A stretch of DNA of 64,000 bases from Octopus vulgaris. Its lineage: Eukaryota. Below the pieces are notes generated by a model. That model searched no databases. It was not told the DNA's origin and was given only the letters and a program-made list of their open reading frames with translations. Made by a program: the position numbers and the translations under genes. Of this stretch, positions 55,300 to 64,000 are shown in pieces. Numbering within the stretch: position 1 is the stretch's first letter; every line of letters starts with the position of its first letter. The stretch is taken from the NCBI GenBank assembly GCA_951406725.2, contig OX597818.1, forward strand, positions 115,258,001 to 115,322,000. Reading direction: 5' to 3'.

Positions 55300-55960
55300 A
55301 AACAACCTTTATTTTTTCTTCTGTTATCCGTTTAGTTAGGTAAGAATGTTTTGATAAAATGTAATTCCATTGCCTTCTTGTACTTTAGGTCATCGACGGG
55401 CATTTGAAGAAGGTAAAGATCTTGGATCTTCTGTTTCCGCACATTTCGAGATGTTAACTCAGTGAAATTTTACGGAAGTGTTTATATCTGATGTGTTGTC
55501 TGTGGATTCTTGCACGTTGGCAAAGGGAATTGTTGGTTTCGCCAATATAATTTTCATTGCGATTGGAGAACGCTATGCAATATATGAGATTCTGTGTCTT
55601 GCAGTTCATATCTGCATTTGCTTAGAAGGATAACCCACTTTTAAATCTTATATGGGAGCCATTGTCCAAATATTTGAAGTTGTTATTACGTCTTCCACAT
55701 GTTATCTCAATAGTCCTTCGTGGAGAATTTTAAACTGTTTGCCGTTTCGCATAAAATTTACACCAACCAAACTTTTCATTTTGCTGTTTTGTAGAAGGTA
55801 TTGGTAGGTTTATTTCTATACTGTGAAAAATGTTGGTCACTCTTGGGACATGTGTATTGATAAATGGAATATTTTCATTAATCATTTTCTTAGCAGTCCT
55901 CAGTTGTATGATGTCCAGTTTATAAAAGCGATGAAACTGGATATCGTACAACCGAGGACC
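55300..55960 (-). pseudogene. Decayed second PLE lineage (Neptune-like) thumb/linker/GIY-YIG remnant
   Basis: Minus-strand translations IPFINTHVPRVTNIFHSIEINLPI and ANADMNCKTQNLIYCIAFSNRNENYIGETNNSLCQRARIHRQHI (LIY...YIGET), with stops and frameshifts. Confidence 0.7.
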
Positions 55961-56317
55961 TAAAAGAAAAAATTAAAGAAACTACTATTCAATTTATGAA
56001 TACATGATTCAGGAATGACTAAGAACTCGTTGAGGTTTACTATACAGGGAACGAAGGGTGGCACAAAGATTGGAGTTTTGATGACGTCAGTATGCAGCCC
56101 ATGCGTGACTGCACGGGAAGCGTCGTGTTTGGGCTGAAAGAAAACATTTGAATGGCCTGGTTAAATTATATAATAGATTAAACTGAGTTGAACATGCGTG
56201 GAAGTCGCTTATGAGATTACGTCATTTTTATTCCCGCTTTGTTGCCTCGCTTTGCTCTATTTTGTTTTCTTTACAATTATTCATCACACCTTGCACGCAC
56301 ACGCACAAACATACATA

Positions 56318-56355
<38 letters not shown>

Positions 56356-56494
56356 TGTTTGTTTGTTTGTGGGTGTTTCCACGTATATCTCATTACAGTC
56401 ATCTAAATTACCATCTCTGTCAAGCACCACTCATAGATCATAAACTTATGTTTACTGAACAATCTTATTTACAGCCAATAAGTAGTAGCAGAGC

Positions 56495-56878
56495 GTGGAG
56501 ACGCAATGGCCCAGTGGTTAGGGCAGCGGACTCGCGGTCATAGGATCGCGGTTTCGATTCCCAGACCGGGCGTTGTGAGTGTTTATTGAGTGAAAACACC
56601 TAAAAGCTCCACGAGGCTCCGGCAGGGGATGGTGGTGATCCCTGCTGTACTCTTTCACCACAACTTTCTCTCACTCTTACTTCCTGTTTCTGTTGTACCT
56701 GTATTTCAAAGGGCCGGCCTTGTCACTCTCTGTGTCACGCTGAATATCCCCGAGAACTACGTTAAGGGTACACGTGTCTGTGGAGTGCTCAGCCACTTAC
56801 ACGTTAATTTCACGAGCAGGCTGTTCCGTTGATTAGGATCAACCGGAACCCTCGTCGTCGTAACCGACGGAGTGCTTC
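56495..56878 (+). mobile_element. tRNA(Arg)-like SINE family C (probably octopus OR-type), representative copy
   Basis: Head tggcccagtggttagggcagcggacTCGcggtc...gtttcgattccc with A/B boxes and a TCG anticodon position. Related copies at 955-1225+, 1752-2062+, 7192-7540-, 22925-23243+ and 54350-54650-. Confidence 0.85.
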
Positions 56879-57088
56879 CATCCAGTAGCAGAGCGGTGAG
56901 CTGGCAGAATCGTTAGCACGGCGGGTGAAATGCTTGAGTTCAAATTCCGCCGATGTCGACTTCGCCTTTTATCCTTTTGGGATCGATAAATTAAGTACCA
57001 ATTGCGTACTGGGGTTGATCTAATCGATTGGCTCCCTCCCCAGCAATTTCGGACCTTGTGCCTAGAGTAGAAAAGAATCGTTAGCACG

Positions 57089-57367
57089 ACGGATGGATGG
57101 ATGGACGGACGGACGGACAGACGAACGGCTGGATGGATGGATGGACGGACGGACGGACGGACGGACGGACGGACGGATGGATGGATGGACGGACGGACGG
57201 ACGGACGGACGGACGGATGGATGGATGGATGGATGGATGGATGGATGGATGGATGGATGGATGGATGGATGGATGGACGGACGGATGGACGGACGGACGG
57301 ACGGATGGATGGATGGATGGATGGACGGAGGGATTGATGGAGAGAGGGATGGATGGATGGATGGATG
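57089..57367. repeat. (GGAT)n/(GGAC)n compound microsatellite
   Basis: Read directly; explains the DGW/DGR and PSIH ORFs in the track. Confidence 0.95.
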
Positions 57368-58171
57368 CGAATGTGTATGTAACTTTGTGTCTTCCCCATC
57401 GCCACCCCCAGTATTTGGTGGCTGCTTACGTCACCGAAACTTAACGGTTCAACAAAGCAGCGGCGATAGAATAAATGCCAGCTGTCTAAAGAAAAAGTGC
57501 TGGAAGTCGATTTCCTTAAAGCATTGCTGTGGCATGGCCGCAATCCAATGACTTAAGTAAAATATAGAAGTAACAATCAAGCTAACCTTTCCCATATAAA
57601 CGAATACACCACGTGCACACATACACACACAAAAGAAATACACACACATACATACACACGCATACACACACACATACAAACACACACGCGCATACACACA
57701 CACAAATGCACACACACGCATACACACACACAAGCACGCACACGCATACACACACACAGGCATACACACGCACAAACACACACACTCACACACGCACACA
57801 TACACACACATACACACGCACGAATACACATATACACACACATATATACACACACATATACACATACACATACACACATACACACGCACGCACACACTCA
57901 CACACAAACACACACACACACACACGCGCACACTTCCCGTTTTTGACGTTTTCCAAATTTCCAGCAGCGATTAAACCGATCAGTCACGGTAAGTGATCTC
58001 GGTTTTAATTTACTCCTGTAAAAATCAAAAACGTCAATACACAAAGAATTAGATTCTATTTTCTAGTTGCTAGAGGAAGCGATTCATAAACATACAAACA
58101 GACAAACAGACAGTCAGACAGGTAGGTAGGTGGATAAGTAGGTAAGTAAACAGAGAGACAGACAGACATAC

Positions 58172-58244
<73 letters not shown>

Positions 58245-58391
58245 CATACATACATACATACATACATACATACATACATACATACATACATACATACATA
58301 GGGAGAGTTTACGAAAAAAACAAAAGACAAAGACAGGTGGTGTACAAAACAAACAGATGTATTAGTATAACGCTCAGGAATAGAAAAAAGT

Positions 58392-58427
58392 CTTTTACGT
58401 TTCGAGCCTACGCTCTTCTACAGAAAG
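58392..58427 (-). ncRNA. Minimal hammerhead-like motif (variant core)
   Basis: CTTT-CTGTAGA-A-GAGC-GTAG-GCTC-GAAA-CG-TA-AAAG in an element at ~58300-58500 between microsatellites; related copies at ~15005-15112 and ~49557-49680. Confidence 0.45.
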
Positions 58428-58553
58428 GGACACAGAAAAAACAAGGAGAGAAACAAGGAGAGAAAAAAGTGTGTAGTGGCTAACGCTCTATCATGGCGAG
58501 ACAGATAGATAGACTGACGGACAAGTAGATAGCTAGCTAGCTAGCTAGCTAGC

Positions 58554-58620
<67 letters not shown>

Positions 58621-58666
58621 GCAGACATGCATACAGACAGGGAGACAGACAGACAGACAGACAGAC

Positions 58667-58749
<83 letters not shown>

Positions 58750-59018
58750 CAGCTAAACAGACAGGTTGCAGTTGGTGTGACGAAAATTTTGATAGCAAAG
58801 AATAAACGTTTAAGTGTAGTTAAGAGTCTTTGTGTGTTTACGAATGTCTAATATCTGTCTTCCACGCTGAAATTGTTTTAGTTTCAGCACACGATCATAG
58901 ATCAGTTCGTTTGCCTGACAAATACAACCCAGAAATATTTATATACATATGCAAGTTTATGTGGTTATGAAAGTGTTTAGCCCCAGAAGGCTCTGAAACG
59001 GTGCATCCCTGAGAAGAA

Positions 59019-59098
<80 letters not shown>

Positions 59099-59927
59099 CG
59101 ACTAAACGCACGCACCCTATTAAGTAAGATTGTTCTGTTTATCAAGTTCGCCTTGATATTAACTCTCACGCGACTCTGCATCTTTCTTTCTCTCTCTCCC
59201 ATTCCCTTTTTCGTCTTTTTTTCCCTCACTTCACTTGTCTCTTCCTCTCTCTCTCCCCCTCACTGTTCTTCATGGTCTCCTCGCACCATTCCCCTTCTTC
59301 TCTCTCTTCCTCTTGCTCCTCCTCCCCCATTCCCGTCGTCCATCTGCGACGTTACTTCCGTCGTAACTGCTCCTGTCCTTTCTCGCCCGCCTTCTAAGGC
59401 CACTGGTCGACATCTTCCTCTCTCGTCGTCCACTATAATCCAGCGTTTGCAATACTTTTTTCGTCTGGCGTTAACAGCCCTTCTTATCTTGTTCTCCTTG
59501 TCCTGTCTCTCACTGTTATATATTTATTTTTCCACTGTTTATATATATATTTTTTATTGTTTATATGTTTGTACTGTCGTTACCGTCTTGCTTTTTTTAC
59601 CCCTCTGCAAAAAGATCTCAGAATTTTAATTGATTTGCTTTTCGCAGGAAGGAATTTTTCATTCGAAGTATACGTCTCGCTTTTATCCTTCGAAACGTTT
59701 AGTAGATGAAACTTTAGCGACTGAAGAAGGGGATTTTTCGTTGTGCTTACTGTCCTGTATCTCTCTTATTTTTTTGCCTGTCTTGTTCCTTGGTTTGTGT
59801 CTATGTTTTTCGTCTCTCTATGTGTTCGACGTCTTTTTGGTGTCCTGTACACATATATGCGTGTATATGTACATGTAGAGGTAGGTACGTACATATATGT
59901 TTATATATATGCATATATTTTATTAAC

Positions 59928-60009
<82 letters not shown>

Positions 60010-60089
60010 CACATCAGAGCAAGGGACCAGCAAACTATGCTGGTTATATGGAGGACATATGCACTCAACCGCCTAGACTACTGCTCTCA

Positions 60090-60510
60090 ACTACGGGACA
60101 TTGGCGTCCTATACGGGACAATCCTACCGGCTGGCTAACGACACACATTCTGTGTCCGATTAGTATTTACGATGGGAGGTCATCGCTCCCATCCCTAGCC
60201 TTACGGACTCGAGTTTCTGGGTGGTTACCCGTCCTCAGCGTGTGTTAATCACCAGCTAGTGATGAAAATTCGACCCACTCGCAAAATACTATATGCTTTA
60301 TACTAATACACTACTATATACTAACACACGCTGAGAACGATTAACGACTCAGAAACTCGAGTCCGTGTATATCATGTAAGGCTAGGGATGGAAGCGATTA
60401 CCTCCCCTCACAAATACTAATCGGACACAGAATGTGTCGTTAGCCAACTGGAAGAGATGTCTTCCTGGGGCTATAAACGTCAGTAGCACTGTCCTTTATA
60501 GGACGCCACA
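60090..60510. mobile_element. Fold-back element carrying hammerhead motifs
   Basis: Diverged inverted arms ~60100-60247 / 60322-60510. Minus strand 60203-60241 reads ACG-CTGAGGA-C-GGGT-AACC-ACCC-A-GAAA-CTCGAG-TC-CGT. Related sequence at ~14750-14900 and ~55195-55265. Confidence 0.65.
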
Positions 60511-61316
60511 CTTGGTTGGTATTTGTATGTTACGATTCTGTACTGCTACTGTTTACACTTCGCTCAGAGATTTATTATTGCTTTTTTTCTCCTTTTTCGA
60601 GACCAGCGACGGTTCGTCGCTGGAAAAAGCATAAAGTATTATGCGAGAGGGGTGAGTTTTCATCTCTAGCTGGTGTTTACTAGCTACTGTTTACATCTCG
60701 CTCAGAGATTTAATATGGCTTATTTCTCCTATTGAGAAACCCAGAAAGTCTTACCAATATTTGTCTGAATGTGATATCGATAAATCAACGATGGTTTGAC
60801 AGGAACATGTGGTGGATAAGAGGTTGAGATCTCTTGATAAATACAATAGGAATTGTGGAGCTTCTTAAATGGTGGACGAGGAAATTTGAGATGAATGAAC
60901 AGAGAAATAAATCTATGAATGGTAAAGAATTTTCAAGGAAAAATGATAGTTTGTTTTCAAAGCAAACGTTTAATTGTAAAGGTTTCTGTAAATTGATCGT
61001 GCTAATTACGAGTGAAACTCGAAGATTCGATTTGAAAACAATTAGCTCCCAGGATGGCAAGCTCAGGTTCCGGCTCAAATTCAAAACGTATAAGTGAATG
61101 AATGACCTACTCTTGTGCACATACGCACGCACACACACATACACACACACACACGCACACACATAAGGGCGCGGGTGTGGTTGTTCGGTAAGAAATTTGC
61201 TTCCTAACCACAAGGTTCCGGTTTCAGTTTCCCTAAGAGGCACTTTGTTCAAGAGTCTTCTACTGTTGCTTCAGGCTCCTGAGTGGGTTTCTTTGACGGA
61301 AACATCTTTTAATATT

Positions 61317-61541
61317 TATGAGGGGGGGGGGGGGCTGAAAAATTCCTGGCTTTCGGTAAAAGAAAATACAAGAGGATTAGTTAATAATGATTTTATTCAA
61401 TATATTCGCCTCTCAGATTCACACACTTATTGCAGAGGTCCTTCACTTTTTCTAAGCCTTGCAACAGAACTTGGAAAGTTCGGTCTCCAACAAGGCCTTT
61501 CGCGACACCCTTTGAGACAGGAACTTATCAACACCCTCTGC
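61317..61541. mobile_element. Mariner-like MITE
   Basis: Imperfect TIRs gaggg..gctgaaaaattcctgg / caggaacttatcaacaccctc. Confidence 0.5.
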
Positions 61542-62103
61542 ACCTATATATGTATATGAGAGGGATGACCACTAAGTGGACATCCATTATGCTAGATTTT
61601 TCGCCCTTATTTAAGTTTATATATATATATACTCTTTTACTCTTTTACTTGTTTCAGTCATTTGACTGCGGCCATGCTGGAGCACCGCCTTTAGTCGAGC
61701 AAATCGACCCCGGGACTTATTCTTTGTAAGCCCAGTACTTATTCTATCGGTCTCTTTTGCCGAACCGCTAGGTGACGGGGACGTAAACACACCAGCATCT
61801 GTTGTCAAGCAATGCTAGGGGGACAAACACAAACACACAAACACACAAACACACACACACATACACATATATATATATATATACATATATACGACAGGCT
61901 TCTTTCAGTTTCCATCTACCAAATCCACTCACAAGGCATTGGTCGGCCCGGGGCTATAGCAGAAGATACTTGCCCAAGATGCCACGCAGTGGGACTGAAC
62001 CCGGACCCATGTGGTTGGTTAGCAAGCTACTTACCACACAGCCACTCCTATATATATATATATAGGCGCAGGAGTGGCTGTCTGGTAAGTAGCTTGCTTA
62101 CTG

Positions 62104-63200
62104 CTACCAAGTTGTCGCGTTGTTTTTCGTCGTGGTGAAAGTCACGTCGTACGTGAAAAATTGAACATTTGAAGCATGACCACATGTAAAGCATTTGTTT
62201 TTTGGGGTGTTTAGTGAAGTCCGTTGTCCGTATGGTTAATATTTTTTCGAACAAGAGTCTCCACTGGGTTTCAGACATTTGTTTGCCATTTGTTGCCAGT
62301 GGTCTCACTTTTTAGTGAGAATTGTGTGTGTTTTCGGGAGGTGTGTCCTTCCGAAAATTTATGATTTTATGTGACTGTGTGCACTTCGTGGATTTTACCA
62401 ATTGGAGTACAACCAAAATTTTACCATTTGGAGTACAACCAGGAATTTTGTGCTGCAAGGAATTTGTAACTGTACTACAAAGTTGAATTTTGTTGTCATT
62501 TGAACTGTCTTCGTTCTTTTTCTCTTGTCTGTCTTTCTGCTCTTTTTGTGTTTGCATTAGAGACTTTTATTTGAACATTTTTGATTTTGTTGTGGACTTT
62601 TATATTTTAGTTTATATTATTAATGGCAACCAAATGTAAGAAAGCCCTAGAGTGGCGAATTGTGGCCTCCAAGGAGTGGTTAAAAAACTATGATGAGAGA
62701 ACGGTGTTGTTGCGGACCTATTGCAAGGACCGCGGCACCATTTGTGTATTCCCTCAGAGGGAAATTGAAGAAGAGTTGGCGGGATTTGTGCCAACTTATA
62801 GCTTCATCCGCAGGGGTGCAAAGTACACAACGGTGTGCGTGCTTTTCGACACCCCTACGGAAGCTCAGAAATTTGCGAGCCAACATATAGATGGGAGGAA
62901 GATTTTTGTTTCTCCCCACTTACGGTGGGCGTAAATTGACAAGAGCCTGGGTGTGTGGGCTACCGCCCGGTATAGAGGCTGAATGGATAGAAGATTCTAC
63001 CGTCGAGGCCTTGGTGGGGGGCCTGCCAGGCTCTTGAATGTAAATATACTGCCTGCGGTCGATTGGGTCGGGTCAAAAGCAATTTTGACCATATGGGCCC
63101 AATCGACTGAAGATTTGGTTTTTCCAGATTTCTTGACAATGGCTGGTTCCAGGCACCCGGTGATCGTTGAGGGACGCCTCACAAGTGTGCCTGTGTCTGG
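62104..63200 (+). mobile_element. L1/Tx1-like LINE 5' UTR + frameshifted ORF1, truncated by a SINE
   Basis: ATG at 62623 (MATKCKK...TVCVLFDTPTEAQKF), continuing in shifted frames ...RAWVCGLPPGIEAEW...FPDFLTMAGSRHPVIVEGR, which resembles ORF1 just before its zinc knuckle; preceded by a T-rich leader. Confidence 0.55.
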
Positions 63201-63387
63201 AATCATACATATATATACATATATACGACGGGCTTCTTTCAGTTTCCGTCTACCAAATCCACTCACAAGGCTTTGGTCGGCCCGAGGCTATAGTAGAAGA
63301 CACTTGCCCAAGATGCCACGCAGTGGGACTGAACCCGGAACCATGTGGTTGGTAAGCAAGCTACTTACCACACAGCCACTCCTGCGC

Positions 63388-63424
<37 letters not shown>

Positions 63425-63563
63425 GTGAAAAAAGATGAAAGATCTATACAAATCAAGTTTTTATATATAAAAGATGGAGGTGGAAATAACACAGAAGTAG
63501 GTCTAAGACATTTCAATTTAAGAGGGAATTTAATAAAAAAAATTATCAAATTATATAAATAAG

Positions 63564-63596
63564 ATATTACCGGTTTCGATGTATCTTATCAAAAAT
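63564..63596 (-). ncRNA. Degenerate minimal hammerhead-like motif
   Basis: TTGATAA-GAT-AC-ATC-GAAA-CCGG-TA with palindromic ACCGGT, in an element starting at a (TA)n tract (63421). Confidence 0.35.
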
Positions 63597-64000
63597 TTAT
63601 AAAAATTTGAATCAAAAGCAGTTTATCTTCCGTCAGAGCGTCAAGAACATGTCCGGAGATTTTTCTTTGAAGTCTTCTTTAAATATAGTTTGGTGTAGAG
63701 TTCAGAGTGTTAGAGAGTGAGAGAAGGGGTGTCTCTTGTCTAAAACAAATCTGTGTGTGTTCCTTCCAAGGGAGTGGCTAAAAAGTATTTATTGAACAAA
63801 GACTATCTTTAGACAATAGAGACCCTTTCTCTCATTTTCCAACACTTTGAACTCAACGATCTAGTCTTTTTCATTCGCAAAATGACCCCACTTTAATTTT
63901 GCTCAAATTGCTTTCAATTTTTGGTGTAGCGATGCAACTCTGAGTTTTGATTACGACCAACCAATTACTTTATCTCGTAAATTAAGGAATCTGATGTTAT

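Noticed and set aside
59153-59878. Hydrophobic S/L/P-rich ORFs
   Set aside because: Products of pyrimidine-rich low-complexity sequence; no domain or splice evidence.

Overview
AT-rich, repeat-saturated eukaryotic DNA, most likely from an octopus (inferred from the tRNA-derived SINE families and dense (TA)n/(CA)n/(TAGA)n microsatellites). Most short ORFs in the track are microsatellite or SINE artefacts. The only host gene I can support is the 5' part of a minus-strand short-chain dehydrogenase (SDR9C / RDH-HSD17B6-BDH1-like). It has two coding exons (16678-16477 and 4429-4217) joined by a ~12-kb GC-AG intron and continues off the left edge. The dominant feature is a ~10-kb near-perfect palindrome (39367-49319) made of two head-to-head copies of a Penelope-like retroelement (PLE). 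Each copy encodes RT, Asn-rich linkers and a C-terminal GIY-YIG endonuclease, and has a hammerhead ribozyme motif in its 3' region. The most interesting signal is a swarm of small non-coding elements from many sequence families. They carry minimal type I hammerhead motifs, usually with a palindromic stem III, mostly sit in or beside (TA)n tracts, and often form fold-back (inverted) insertions; one has a tRNA-like head. They look like non-autonomous, ribozyme-bearing passengers of PLE machinery. Remnants of RTE, CR1/L2-like, HERO/RLE-type, L1/Tx1-like and a second PLE lineage, plus MITEs, are also present. Coordinates were read by eye, and repeat boundaries are approximate.
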